From contig CAJINV010000025.1 of NCBI GenBank assembly GCA_905178155.1, positions 102,453-166,452 of the forward strand: a stretch of DNA of 64,000 nucleotides, written 5' to 3'. A program made the translations under genes and the position numbers. This document shows, piece after piece, positions 35,909 through 49,812 of the stretch. Each line of letters begins with the position of its first letter. Positions within the stretch are counted from its first letter, which is position 1. The notes below the pieces were generated by a model. It did not search any database, had not been told where the DNA came from, and saw only the letters and a program-made list of their open reading frames with translations. This stretch comes from Amoebophrya sp. A120. Taxonomy: Eukaryota; Protista; Dinoflagellata.

Positions 35909-38878
35909 ATGCAGCGGCTGCGAGTTCGCCGCGTAGGGGGCCAGTTCGTGTCTTCGTACTCCACTTCCAGGGAAGTAGTAGTACAACAACTCCGACCACG
36001 TGGCTCTTGTGGCCTGAGCGAAAATGAAAATATAGTAGCGAAAGGACCACCAACTCCAACAACACTGCGCCCACGATTTTATTTCCTCTCGCGCCGCCCT
36101 CTCCACACCATCGCGGTTGGGTCCTGCAAAGGGGGGGTGGGAAAAAGTTCGATTGCGCTCAATCTCGCCTTCCAACTCGCCGTATGAATTGCAAAAGTGT
36201 CTGGGTCTGGAAGGATGTAACCTGTGATGCGCATTTCAGAACACAGAAAAATCTCTCATGCATAGGTAGCAAAAGGAAAAGCTGCCCAGTTTCTGTCACC
36301 AAACTGGGGGATTTGTCATGCGAATTTGGCATTGCGGAAGCTTCTCGAAACCTGTGATGCTAGAGCTTCCATGCCAGACCTTCTGCGTCATGCAGAAATA
36401 GCATGGCTTTGACTCTTCCAGACCCCGACATTTTTACATTTGATACGCCGGGAAAAAAAACAAGAAGGTGGCTCTCTGCGACCTCGACGTCTACGGACCC
36501 AGTTTGCCGTTTCAAGTCCCGAGGAACCGGATCCACGAGAAGCATTTTAATATTTTCGGGCCGGAGAAGAGCGAGGCACCAAGTCCATCGGAGAAGGACA
36601 AGAATGCGCTTCGTCCCCAGGTGGACTTCGATCCCAAAACGCAGCTGATAAAGCCCGTGGAAGTTTTCTGCGATGAAGGAGACTACAACGCCGACATTGA
36701 TAGGCGACCGGGCGCACCATCCAGGACAAGAAACACAGTGCAAACCATGTCGCTCGGGTGGCTGAGGCCGGATGAGCACGCCGCGCTTCGGGGGCCCATG
36801 GCTTCGGGAATCGTGCAACAGATGCTCAAAAACGTGGATTGGCGCCCAGACCTGGATATCCTGTGCAAAAGGATCGTACTCGTATTGCAATCATGCATTA
36901 CAAATCTTTTTCTTGAGGTATTTTCTTGAGGTAAATCCGCATTACAAATTTTTTCGATTATGCTGAGGAAATAATGCATTTGTACGAGTGCGATACTTTT
37001 TCAGTTCATACTGGATTACTTGGTGCTGGATTTGCCGCCCGGGACGGGGGACATCCACTTTTATTGATTGGAAAATTTTTGTTGCACACAGAATCCACAT
37101 CCAGCACTTTTTCTTTAAACTTCACGATTTCCAGCATTATTGTTTCGCTGCAACCTATCACGACCTGAGGCAACTTTCTTGGGCTTTTTCTGTCGCATTT
37201 TATTGCAACACTCCATCCATTTATACCTGGCAGGTGTTTCTTGGACAGAGCACCATCCAAGAAGCTGAAGTATTCGTACCTACAATTGTTCTAGTTTTAT
37301 GTGCAGTGCAAAATTTTTTTCCACCATGATTTCTGAACCGTTGCACAGCAGATCCGGGTAGACTACTGTGTCATGATAACCACGCCGCAGCTGCTTTCGC
37401 TCGTCGACGTGGAGAAGGGCATCAAGATGTTTCACGAAGTGGGAATACCGACCGCAATACTGGTGGAAAACTTCTCTTTTTTCACTTGCGAAAACTGCGG
37501 CCACGATAACCAAATGTTCCTGACATATCCAGGGCAAAACGCGCAGAAAATGGCAACAGATTTCGGGCTGCCGCATTTTCTACAGCTCCCCTGGGAACCC
37601 GAACTGACGCGGCCACACTCGATTTATGTTTTGGACCGCGAGGATGTTGAACAAGAGCACGATCTTCACCCGCACCGTACTAGCGGACGAGATCATGATC
37701 CGTCGGAGGTGGATCTTCACGCACTTCCGTTGGAAGGAGCCAGGGAACGTCAGCCAAAGACCACGACCCGCAGCACGAGATCTAGTACGAGCACCATATT
37801 ACCTCTTGCAAGTAGCACCGGTGTATCTGTACGCGCAGTGAAGATGCGGGAACAGTTGGCGAAGCTGGCAGAGTGTGTGGAGACTCTCTGTTGTACTACG
37901 TCTTCTACTTCTACTTCTGGTGCTCCTGCGCCAAGGAACAATAGCACAGTGGGACCACAAGCGGGCCTAATGGCAGACGGGTACGAACTGACGTTTCCGA
38001 AAGATGAAAACGGAGCTGGCGCAGCCTCAGCCGACCGCGTATCTCTCGTGGTGCAAATCCTGAAAGACGGAACTTTTCTCGGCAAAATTCCCGCGAGGAA
38101 GCTGCGGCTAAGCTGCAGATCCGCGGTCATGTATGCTGAGCAAAAACGTCCCCACCCCAGAGTTGTCATGCAAATCCGCATGCCAAGAAAGTTGCTCATG
38201 CTGAGCCCCATGGGAAGTATTTTCTAGTCGTGTTTTGGAATTTGTGATGCTAGAATAAGCATGATAAGCTAGATCTGTGATGCTGCTGAAATAGCAAAAC
38301 AGGACTAAACTACGAGAACAAACTTGTCATGCGAAACCGCCGAAGCTGGTTGATTTGTCTAGCAGCTTTCCCATCTTGACTCTGGTGTGGGGACGTTTTT
38401 ACTCCGGATATCATGTATGATGAATTCACGGGGGAAAAGCTGTTCAAAGAGGACGACATACCACTCGACGTGTACCCAAAAAAAATCGAGCCGGCCGGTC
38501 GGCTATCAAATGCAAAAGTGTCTGGGTCTGGAAGGATGCAACTTGTAATGCTATTTTCGGATTCTAAAAAAAATCTGTGTTGCATGACAGGCAATAGGAG
38601 TCCAGTTTTTGCCACGTGGAGAGGGCATTTCTCATGCAGGACCACATGCATCAAGAAGCACTCAGAAAATCTGTGATGCTAGGGCATACGTCACAGCCGT
38701 CATGGGTCATGTCAGGCGTGCATGACAAATCTTCCAATCTTCCAGAACCAGACACTTTTGCATTTGATATCGGTACGCGGTGTCGGTCACGTGGAGTGAC
38801 AAGCACAGCAGCCTCTTTCCGTGGAAAAAGATCTTGCCGCTGATGGAGGAGCAGGAACATCAAGGAAAGAGCCAGTAA
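35909..38878 (+). CDS. HCF101: HCF101-like Fe-S cluster carrier P-loop NTPase (Mrp/NBP35 domain + DUF971), 6 exons
   Basis: SCKGGVGKS, DLDVYGPSLP, LRGPMASG, LDYLVLDLPPGTGDIH, VMITTPQ, VENFS..CENC; C-terminal RLSCRSAVMYDEFTGEKL..IEPAGRYAVSVTWSD. Confidence 0.88.
36183..36445. mobile_element. introner family A, TSD cgccg
   Basis: TIRs, perfect duplication. Confidence 0.93.
36857..37010. mobile_element. introner family S, TSD ctgga
   Basis: TIRs, perfect duplication. Confidence 0.93.
37062..37331. other. degenerate non-canonical intron (old introner)
   Basis: Interrupts GDIH-L-TVAQQ; residual inverted repeat tggaaaatttttgttgcaca / tgtgcagtgcaaaattttttcca; no GT-AG at the junction. Confidence 0.7.
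38132..38410. mobile_element. introner family B, TSD tcatg
   Basis: TIRs, perfect duplication. Confidence 0.93.
38504..38769. mobile_element. introner family A, TSD tcggc/tcggt
   Basis: TIRs; restores GRYAV. Confidence 0.92.
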
Positions 38879-39733
38879 ATCTGTATTGCGTTATTTGCGC
38901 AGCATAATTGCACGAAAGACCACGGCGCTTTTTCTGCCACTGATCATGTTCCATCCTGTGCTGCGCGCGTGCCGAGAGCTATGCGGAAAAGTACAACTCA
39001 AATGCAAAACAAAGATGTGATAATTCTGCAACCTTTGAAGAACAAAAACTGCACTGCTATGAAGTAGAACACTGCACTGCAACTGCTATGAAGAACATAA
39101 AACTGCACTGCACTGCTTCTGCAAGGCTATGAAGAAGAATGATCACATGCTGTGGTCCTTGTTGTTCTGCGGCGAAAAACAAGACATGACTGATAGCACC
39201 ACCTTCACCATCTAAGGCAGCTCTGATCAGCTCTGTACTGCGGATCAGCTTTTTTTGTCAACATTTGGAACGATCACATTGGCACTCTGCGTCGAGCGGA
39301 CTTGTTTTTTGCGCTTCTTCAATTAGAATGTTGACAGTGATAGCATTCCTGGAGCTGGTACCAGATCGAGGTTCGAGTGCCGCTTCCGAACCGGCAGCTA
39401 GTACAAAACAAAGTCGCCACTGCTGATGGACAAGGGGTGGTCCGAACAGGATTATTTACTGTAGATCTGCAGTTTTCGTTTTGCTTTTGTCTAGAGCTGA
39501 TCTCCCGCTTCACAGATGAAGATCATATTCACGGCATGCACAGAACACTTCCGGACTCTGTCTCTGTCAACCGATAGGCCCCTCTGACACATGGTACAAC
39601 AGAAGATCAGAAGTCGTGCAGCTCTCTCCATTCACAATCATTCGCATCCCGTGCTAGTGTGCATCTGCGAGCTGTCGCATAGTCTTAGTCATGTAGTGTT
39701 AGACCAAAAAGAAAATACAAATATCGTAGAATT

Positions 39734-41744
39734 ATGGTAATGCTGTCCGTGTTGAGCCCACCGGAGGCCGGTGGTGGGGGCGCAGAAGCAGATCCGGGAG
39801 TTGCAGCAGCTTCGAGCGTCGCGCCACAGCTTCCTTTTTCGCTACACGACACAGATGCTGTCGCTGCAGCTGCGGCAACAGGCTCCTTGTCAACATCTGC
39901 TACGACCACGACCCCAAGTGCAGCTCGGCCTCGAGGACACGAGCCGCGCGTGGATTTCTTTTCCCTGCAAAGAGATTTTCTTCTCGCTTACGGCGATAGC
40001 GTGGAGAGTCTCATTCAACACGGCGTTTTTTTCCTTCCGGGCGGGACCACGAGCACGGACGGGGTACGAGAGCAGTTCATTTACTCCCTCGCCGAGCTGT
40101 TTGGCATCTACAGGCGACTGGTCGTGCAGGAGCACCAGGAGGTGGAAAGGATCGGCACCAGCAGACCTTTCCCCACGACCCTCTCCTGCACCAGCGAGAC
40201 CACAGCGAAGGTCGCAGTCTTCTTACTGAAGGCGGTCCGGTGTTTGCAGTTAGTGGTGGAAATGCGGCACCCGGGCGTGAAAACTTGCTTCGTCCTAGAG
40301 CTACTGAAAATCTTTGCGAAATTTTACCTGTGGAGGCAGCAGAGACGTTCTTTCAATGCTTGTCCCATGCTTATTGACGAGTCCGTCGAGGCGACTGCCG
40401 CGGCTGTGGAAGCCGCAGCACTTAATACCGGCGCAACGTATCCACTGCAAATATGATGTCTGCGTCCGGAACTTGTGATGCTAATAAAGATGTGCGAATG
40501 GCATCACGGGGCCGTGCGTGACAAGTTTCTGAGCGAATACGTCTTGCATAAACTGCATGACAGACCGCATTTTTGCATGACACAAAAGACGCAGCATATA
40601 ATTGAGGCATCACGCATTACTCTACAGCTTTATTTTTCTCTTCTAACTGACAAACTGAAACTCTCCAGACCCAGACATGTTTGCAATGTATACATCAACC
40701 GCACCAACACCAGTAATCACAGATGAAGACGGATACGAGACGGTGTTTCACGAGCACAAGGGCAAGCACTCCGGTATCGTGCTGCGCGGGCACGTGCGGA
40801 AGCAGGTGTTTAGTTATCCTGGACATGATGCGACTGCGAGCGGAAAAATGGGAGAAACGGACTCACTGAACGAGGACCAAAGCGACGTCGTCAACGACGA
40901 GAATATTAAAGGAAACAATTTAGTGGTGCCAGGAAGACTCCTCGTAGCACCATCATTCCCACGAACAAGACCGCCCGCCAGAATCCTGCTCGGCGAGTGG
41001 CTTTACCATCTTCGGCCGTTGCTCGTGTTGTTTCTGCAGCACAGATATCCTGTGCAAAAGTATCTGATACTCGTATTGCAATCATGCATTACAAATCTTT
41101 TTCTCAAGGTAAATCCGCATTACAAATTTTATTTCTCAACACGCTGAGGAAATTTGTAATGCATTTATATATACGAGTAGGATTCTTTTGCAGTTCATAA
41201 CAGAATGGCGAGGTGGAGCACGACCAGGGTCGTCTCCGTGAAGAACAGAGATGCTGGTGTTGGCAATCAACATATTGGCGGAAATCAACATCATCATGCT
41301 GGCGCAGCACAACCACACCCCGATCATGGGACCGCCTGTTCCAACTCCTGGCCCGCCTGGTGGGCGGCGGTGCTGGTCGACTTGCTTTCCATTCAACTCC
41401 AGTGGCAAAACCAAAACACAACATCGAACAACACAACAGCGGCACCTTCTTGGGAAGGAAGTGCCGCAGATCATCATGATCGGCAGGAGTACGGAAAAAA
41501 TAAACACACGACGACATCTTCATCACAGGAACATCAAATAATCAACCTGCAGCAACTCGAGCTCAAGCGGCGACGGAGTTTGCTCCTCTACGCTTTAATT
41601 CGGTCTCCGTTCTTCGAAAAGTTTTTCCCGGCGGAGAGACTGCAGAAAATGTGGGAACGGATCCCAGTGGTGGGGAAACATTTTAATTTGGTACAACTGT
41701 TGCTACTGTGGCGCCCCTATTATTTCTACACGAGTGGAACGTGA
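39734..41744 (+). CDS. PEX16: peroxisomal biogenesis factor 16, 3 exons
   Basis: VESL..FFLPG, GEWLYHLRPL, WPAWWAAVLVDLLS, ELKRRRSLLLYALIRSPFFEKF, IPVVG..YYFYTS match Pex16 blocks. Confidence 0.88.
40439..40692. mobile_element. aged introner family A, TSD caacg/catca
   Basis: Diverged TIRs, frame restored. Confidence 0.82.
41046..41199. mobile_element. introner family S, TSD acaga
   Basis: TIRs, perfect duplication. Confidence 0.92.
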
Positions 41745-42639
41745 AGGTCAAGTTGTGTACGAACAAGATGATTTGTGCCAGGGGTAGAATCGTCGTGAGT
41801 ACTTAGAATACTCACGAAGCCCCTCCTGCGCACTTACTTGACGTCAGAAGTCTTATAGATGACGCTGCATTTATTTTTGCACTTTGCATGCCCATGCGCA
41901 TTCAAATTCAAACGACCGTGTGAGATCATTTGCCATCGCAGAAGCGCCTTGCTTTCTTTGCTCTCGTTGTTCCTCTTTACTTGGCCAGGCAGGTTACGCA
42001 CATGCGCATGCTTTTCAGCCAGACAGTGATGTCCATCGACAGCAATCCGAGGAACGTGTTCAGTGTTCTTCGTGGATCCTGTCATGATCGTCGAACAGGG
42101 CTCGGCATTAAGCTGTGTGTGAAATTTCGTTGTTCGTCGCATTTCTCGTCGCAGTGATTAAGTATTATTTAAAAAAGAAATGCAGTTGCAGAGGGATTCT
42201 GCTTCTGCCTCTGCACTTTCTAATATGAAAATAATCCACCTCTACTGCAGTTGACAGCAGGTGTTCGCTGTTCCAACAGTCAGGCAAAAATGTAGGTACA
42301 ACATCTCTGTGCGAGTGCGAAAAATGGCGTTGAGTCGCGAGAGGAGAGAGCACACTTCAAAAAAAGTGCTCTTCGTTCTTGTTCAGTAAGGAGAGAAGAG
42401 GGTATTGGCCTGTTGTACTATCAAGCTTGCACACCAAGATTCGTTGCAAAATTCCGATGGGTCGCTCGTTGTAGCGGTACAACGACCAGCGCATGCGCAA
42501 CTGAGAGACCTAGGCACAGCAAAAGGCAGAAGTCACCAAAATATCGACTTGCTTGTTGCAGCCTTCACCCTGTTGGATGAGTTAGAGCTGTATATGAAAT
42601 AAAATTTTGCCGTACAAACATTTTCAAAAGGAAGAAAAG

Positions 42640-45600
42640 ATGGGCAACACGACTTCTACTGCCCCGGGTTCAACAGCACCGGCTGCTTCGCCCCGTGTAT
42701 GCAATGCAAATATGTCTGGGTCTGGAAATTTGTGATGCTCAGCATGACGTATCGTGAGGAGGCCACAAGTGCTGGCTCAGCATGACAAGTTTCGGAGCTT
42801 CTACGTGTTGCCTATTCTGCATGGCAAACTGCGTTTCTGCATGAGAGAACAAAAGCGGGGCGCTTGGGTAAGGTGCATGACAGATTTCAGAGTCATGCCA
42901 GACAAGCATGACAAACATGCACTCCTCCAGACCGAGACATCTTTTCAGTTCATACCGTGACGTCGTGGACCACGACATTCTTCCCCCTGTATAGATTGCA
43001 AAAGTGTCTGGGTCTGGAAAGTTGGAACTTGTGATGCTCTTTTTGGACTCTAAAAAAATCTGTATTGCATGATCAGCAAGAGGAGTCTAGTTTGTGCTAC
43101 GCGGGGAGGGCGTTTGTCATGCGGAATAGGCATCAGGAAGCCCTCTAAAAATCTGTGATGCTAGTAGGCCATGCATTACAGACAGCCTGGGTCATGCAAA
43201 ATATGCATGACAAATCCGGCAACATTCCAGACCCAGACACTTTTGCATTTGATCCTCTGCTCCCCAGGACCAATCGGTCGCGCAGCAGATTCTTTCCTTC
43301 CTGTCCCCCTTTGACTTTGATGAGGACGACGCCGCCGCCGCTACGCAGCCTACCACCACGGCCTTCCAGCAGCGGCGCGAGGCGAACCGCCGCGCGCGAC
43401 AAACCATATGAATTGCAAATATGTCTGGGTCTGGAAGGTGGTAACTTGTCATGGTAAATCTGAAGCATGCAAAAATCTGTCTTGCATGAGTGCCAAAAGC
43501 TGTCCACTTTCGACCAAGTTGGGAGGGAGTTCCTCATGCAGGATAGGGATGGCAGAGACCTCGCAGAGCCTGTCATGCTAAGTCCCGCATTGCAGACCTC
43601 ATGGGTCATGGAAAATCTGCATGACAAGTCTACACTCTTCCAGACCCAGACATTTTTGCATTTGACAAACCAGCGAGGGGCGCCACCGGCGGGCGCAGAT
43701 GCTGCTGTTATCGCAGGTGAACGACTTCCGCGACATATTACAGTGAAAAATGCCCCCACCGGCCCCCAAAGTTGCAAAAATTTGTGATGCGAAGTTTCCA
43801 AATGAAAACTTTTTGCCATGCATGAAAGGAGTACGAATGAATCTTTCTGATGCAGAGTCTAGGCGTGTATCGCATCGCTTGCATGACAAGCGCCACTCTT
43901 GCTGGTGGGGTCTTTTGCAATACAGATTTTTGCTATTCACGCTTGGAAACCTGTGATGCCGATAGATGCAAGAGGGCAAATGTTTCATTTGGAAAGGTTT
44001 GCAATACAAATGCTCCCAAGTTCGGGAGTGGGGGCATTTTTCACTGTAATGCGACATGCTGACGGATGAGCAACTGGTGGCGATTTCGAACGGCTATCAA
44101 ATGCAAAAATGTCTGCGTCTACAAGATTGCGAGATTTGTCATGTTTGTCTGGCATGACCAAAAAGCTTGTGATGCGTGTCCAAGAAGAGCCCCTTTTGCT
44201 TGTCATGCAAAAACGCAGTTTGTCATGCGAAAAGCGCAACACAAAGAAGCGCAGATATTTCCCATGCTTGCCTGTGCATTACAGAGCATTCACTATTCCC
44301 AACGCAGCATTACAAGTTTCCAGACCCAGACATTTTTGCAGTTGATAACGGCGAGTTTGCGACGACCGGGCGAACGACGACGGCCCCTGCCGCTCCTTTG
44401 GGGGAACAAGAGGACGAAGCTGGAGATGAGGCCGCCACTGTTGGAGAAGATGATGGCGGCGGCGACGAGGGCAACTCAACCACCGCCGACGTTGCGGGCG
44501 AACCCACGGCGACGACAACGAGCATCGGGGCACCAAGGACCTCCTCGCCACCTGGAGCTGCAGTTAACGAAGACCCGGCGGAAGCGAGGACGCAGGGTAG
44601 ACGTGATTCTCAATGCCCACGACACGAGGAACTTTATCGAGACCCGGGCGGGCAAGAAGATGCTGAAATAAGAGGTGCAGTGGGAAGATCATCATCCTCT
44701 GCTACCTTCAGTACCGCCGCCGCAGCAGGAGGGGGAGCTGCCGCTGCGTCCACTTCTTCCCCGCCCACGCGGACCAGGAGTGAAGACGGCACTCCTGCAG
44801 CAGCGTCTACTAGCGACGGCGCGGATCATCCTGCAAGAAATCAGTCCGGTTCAGCTGCAAGCTCCACGGGTGGTGCCGTTTCTGCAACCTCCGGTGCAGC
44901 TTCAGCTCCTTCGGCTGCCGCGTCGTCAGGACGACCAAGTACATCTGTAACATCCACCTCAGCGGTGGAACAAGCGTCATCCAGTTCGTCTTCTACAAGA
45001 ATGGAGGAAAACGCAGCGGGCGAAGATCAACCTAGTGTAACTCTGCCAGTAGAGGAGCAAGGCGCCCGGGGGAGCGGGGAGATATTTAGTACAAGTCAAC
45101 ACAGTGCTGTTCCGCTTCCGGGGACGACGACCAGGAGCGATGACGCAGCAACTGGAGGAGGTGTCCTCAATAATACCAGGACTAGCTCTACAGCGTCCTC
45201 GTCGACCTCCAATATTACAAGAAGCCAGCAACAAGCCTCCGTCGGCTCGCGGCGGCGGCTTCTCTCCGAGCGGCTTTTGGACGCGACGAAGGTCCAGGCA
45301 CCGAAGATGGAGAAACTCGCGGTGGAAGTGAACCAAGTGCACCTACGGCCAGACTCACTCAGGCTGAAAGACGGGATTCGGACTATTCCTGCGCAGGACC
45401 ACGTCTTTCACCCCGGCGCGGCAGACCGGACCCTGTCGTTTCGCTTCGATTGCAGTTCCGAAACCGGGTGCACGGCTTTGGTTTTCTATCCGGTCGAGCT
45501 TGGAGGTGGGGAAGGCGTGGAAGAGGTACTTAGACAATAAACCAAAATCAGGTGTCGTTTGTGACAGAAACAAGAAATAAGTGCCTTTTACTTTATCAGC

Positions 45601-47945
45601 TACAGTGTCTTGTGTTGTGCTGCTCGTATACTTAGAAGAAGTGTCGCGGAGTTTGACGGGTGTATTTCATTATAGCTTTGCTCTCTCGAGAATGTTATTT
45701 CAGTGCGTATCTGAATCTGGAACTGGGCCACCAACTTCAGTCGATTGACCACAACATGCTCGCCATTTCTGTGGAGTGAAGTGCGCGGACACGACGTTCT
45801 TTCTATCCCTCGAAAATATGCATATAGTCGATCTTCTTCCATATCCTTCGTGATCAAGGTACCAAAAGTCGGTCCTGCAAACGGCGGCTCGTCTTGGTCT
45901 TCCACCACATCCTCGAAAATAAACGATGGTCTTGCCTTATCCACTGCATCAAATATTGGGCCTGGCTGTTCTCTGGAAGGTTGCGACTTGTGATGCTGCT
46001 TTAGGTTTATTTGGATTCCGAAAAAATATGTATTGCCGGAGCCACCAGAGTAGGACTCCAGTTTTTGCTCAGCGCAGACGCCATTTCTCATGCTGGCTAA
46101 GCATTAAAACCAAAGGGCGAAAATCTATGCCAGATCACAGACATCCTGACTCATGTAATAAAGGGTGCATGACATCAGACCTTCCGTTCTTCCAGACCCA
46201 GACATATTTGCCTTTGATACGGCTGCGCCAGCTTTTCCTACACGGGGCCCCGGGGTTGCGACATCCCTGCTACCGTGTTGCTGGCCGGCATGTTCTTGAA
46301 GCCACTACAACCGCTGAAGTCTCCTGCAAAGATCTCCTGCCCCGGCGTCCGAGATGAATCTTCGCAGCCTCTGGACGTGCTCGTCGTCCTCCTGCCGGGG
46401 TTCTTATACGAAGAGGAAGAAGATGAATCTACTTCGGTAGTTGATTTACTACACGACTCAGCCGATCAAGCAGAACATCCGGCCACAACAGCTGCAAAAC
46501 AGGAGTTCAGTAAAAACTTCATCCTGCCATGTAGTCGCGGAGGCACCGTCGGCCTGCCGGTGCACCTCCGGGGCGCGGTGGACCACGGCCAGGGCAGCAA
46601 TAGTGACAGCACGAGGTGGACCTCCCCGTCGAGGACATTTTTAGAGACAACAACCCAAATGACTCTCGTTCCCTCCTCTTCTACTTCCTGGCACCCGGTT
46701 GAGAAGTTCCAATTGCAGAGGACCTGCTTGAACGACGAGAAGAATCTGCGTTGGCCCGACCTGCTGCTCAGCCGACCACGGGATTTCTTGTGTGCCGCAG
46801 TAGAAGAAGACCGATGGGCAGGACGACCAGGAGGAGCTCCAAGCGGCCCTTCGTTTATCAAGAATAATAAAACCACCTCCACATCAACTTCTAGTTCTAG
46901 TAGAGCTGTCCACCTCCTGTCCGCGGCGCAACGCACCAAGCCCGTATGAAATGCAAAAATGTCTGGGTCTGGAGAAGTGGAACTTGTGATGCTGTGTTTG
47001 GATTCCAAAGAAATCTGTATTGCATGAGCAGCAAAGGGAATACAATTCTTGCTACGCGGAGTGGGCATTTGTCATGCGAAGCAGGCATCAACAAGCCCTC
47101 AAGAAATCCGTGATGCTAGGGCATGCATCACAGGCATTATGGCTCATGCAAAACGTGCATGACAGGTCTCAGAATCTTCCAGACCCAGACATTTTTGCAA
47201 TTCATAACCCGCCTTTTTCTACGAATCCACCTTCTTCCGCATATTCGTCTCAACCATTGAAGACACGACGGCGGAAAAGAACGGAATGAAGAACACAAGT
47301 GGTTTCTTATCCAAATTGAAACACACAGTGAAGACGCAGAAGCTCCACGTTGGAACGGAGGCGTACTCCCTCCGGGATCTCTATGGGGCGCCGGAACTCC
47401 CACAGGAAGAAGGCGCCGGTCCGACGAGTAGCTCTTTCCAGGCGATAATTGCCGGCGCAGCTGCCGACGAAAGAACATCATCAAGGGCTGCACCTACTTT
47501 AGCTGGATCTTCTTCATCCGCCGATGAAGAACAGATGTTGCAGAACAACAACGGAGGTGGTCCTGGTCCGGCTCTCGAAGATAATCGACCCTCGTCGCCT
47601 TCCGCAGTAGTACCCGCTGGCGTAGCTGTATCGTCGTCAAAAGGTAGTTCACTTCCTGCAGAACCACTGATTAACCATACTTCTTCCACCGCGGAAACAA
47701 TGGAAGATTTCGAGGCCAGCGCCCAACAAGCCTGCATCATCTGCCTCTCGGACCGGCGGAACGTCGTCGTTTTACCCTGCCGGCACATGTGCCTCTGCGA
47801 GCACTGCGCAAAGAAGTTGAGCCAGGTGCGCAGCACTAGCAATGGCGGGCGTCCGCAAAGCAGTATTAAGTGCCCCCTGTGTCGGGAGAAAGTCAGCAGC
47901 TTTCTCGCGGTCGTGTGTGAAGAGGCGAAGTCGGTGCGTTGTTGA
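42640..47945 (+). CDS. MGRN1/RNF157/LOG2-type RING E3 ubiquitin ligase; exon structure 45526-46223 unresolved
   Basis: MGNTTS myristoylation-type start; NQVHLRPDSLRL, LSFRFD; VKTQKLHVGTEAYSLRDLYG; CIICLSDRRNVVVLPCRHMCLCEHCA..CPLCR. Confidence 0.82.
42698..42954. mobile_element. introner family A, TSD ccgtg
   Basis: TIRs, perfect duplication. Confidence 0.92.
42990..43254. mobile_element. introner family A, TSD ccctg/ctctg, right end TC
   Basis: TIRs, frame restored. Confidence 0.88.
43407..43667. mobile_element. introner family A, TSD aacca, right end CA
   Basis: TIRs, perfect duplication. Confidence 0.9.
43736..44051. mobile_element. introner family E (tattacagtgaaaaatgcccc), TSD cgaca
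   Basis: TIRs, perfect duplication. Confidence 0.92.
44095..44347. mobile_element. introner family A, TSD acggc
   Basis: TIRs, perfect duplication. Confidence 0.92.
45947..46219. mobile_element. family A element with decayed left TIR
   Basis: Clear right TIR; left boundary approximate. Confidence 0.65.
46945..47206. mobile_element. introner family A, TSD gcccg/acccg
   Basis: TIRs, frame restored into RING exon. Confidence 0.92.
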
Positions 47946-49812
47946 AATCAATGCCGAGACACTTGTTTGCGAGATTTTTTTTCTGAATACTGTTTCAAAT
48001 TGGCTGCATTTGAGTGTGACAACTTTTTTCCGATCCGTGAAGAAATCACCAGCATCAAGAACTACTTATTTTGCCACTCACTGTGCTGAACAGCCTTTTG
48101 CGAGCACCAGAATCTTCAACAACACTCGCCGGAGCGCTTTGTAGAAGTATAGTAGCAAAAGCACAGAACAATTGAAAATTTTGCAGGCCGCGAGGTGTGA
48201 AGAATGCAAGAGGAACGCGCGGCTCCGCTCCAATCTTCCGAAATTAAGTACACTGTATCTAGACGAAGCGCAATCGCCAGGTCTTGTTCCAAGGCGGGCA
48301 TCGATGCTGAAAGCCGAATCAGTGTGTTGCAAGTTCTTGCCTATTTATTTAGAATTTGTCGCTTGTCCTCTCGTGGTCGACATTTATAATCTCGGTCTTC
48401 GTTCACGTTCGTTGTCTCCAAGTAGTATTTGTAGTCGTGCCTACCACTAAAACTAATACCACAAAAAATCCACATCATTGTCATTGTCGTTGTTCGATGA
48501 AGCTAACAAAATTGGTCGGTTCGTTCATCCACTCTGGTTCATCCTGCCATCGGTGGTAGTACTAAGTACCAAGTATGCCTTTCGAATAAAGCGGTAGAAG
48601 AGCTGGCTCTCGGTCTTCGTGCACACGAAAAAACTTTTCTACAAGACCTTCGTGCACCCAATTCCTGCTTCGTGCGTGTTTTCGGTCATCAAGCGAGCTT
48701 CCCGCCCAGTAACTGTCGCGCATGCAGTCGTACATGATGAGCAGTGGCAAGCTGCCAGGACGTATTAGGTCTAATAACTACAGCTAGACGTAGTTTGGAG
48801 TAGCTTGGCATCCAAACTAAAGTCATGTGTCTTTTATCCTTGTGCCTGTCGACGTACTCCCTTTTTTGAATCGCGACGATTAATACCAGGACCCAACCAT
48901 GATTATTTCGGAACCTCCCATGTTGTTAACCTAGAGTACCACCCATTACGACTGCATGTACACTAAATCAGATTCGCACTTTAGAAATCTTCGGGTACTA
49001 GCGACTTCTTCATTAGCCGCCTCGTTTTCATCATCCCATTCTTAAGCTACCCATGATTTCAGCTTCTAAAATAAGTCCTCCACAACTAACACGACCTTGC
49101 CCACACAAAAAGTACAATCTATCACCACGCGGCCCGGCAATGACGACATGCCGATGTTGACGCAGCTCCGGTTATAGTCAGTTATCCCAGTAGAAAAGCT
49201 AATATCGTAGTACCTAGAAGTGGTGTCTCCTTACAACCACCCCCCTCTTTTAGACAGATTTCTTGAGCTGGTAATTTAGATCCGACGCCGCCTGAGCTGG
49301 AAGTGCTGTAGCTTCCTGTACTTCATCTCGTTTCAACACCGCGGGAAGCCCTGAGCAACTACATGCAGCACCAACGAACAACCAACGTCGAACACGTAAA
49401 ATGGAGGAGCCGCTCGAAACGTCAGCACAGTTGGACGAAACGGACCTATACTTCTCGTAGTACCGTTGGTTCTTTTAAGCTCCTGCTGTCCTCGTTGTGC
49501 TTTCGGGACAAATTATTTTGCAGTAGTACTTCTTCTCGGGAGTTCGAGTTCGTTGCAGTTGGGCAGCAGGAAGCAAGGAGGAGCACTAGGAACAGGACAA
49601 CTCCGAGGCGTGAAGGTACCGCAGATCTTTGCGAGGCGGTTTTAAGTAGGTGCTGATCGAACTTACGGATCTCCCCAGCGGAACACAGCACCACTACTTA
49701 CATCTCAGCATAGGAGGAACATCCTCGATTCCGGGACCGACATCGCAAGCAGATTGGTAGGCGGGGGGAGGAACACTACAGTACTTACTATCCGCCACGA
49801 CCTTGTCCGAAG

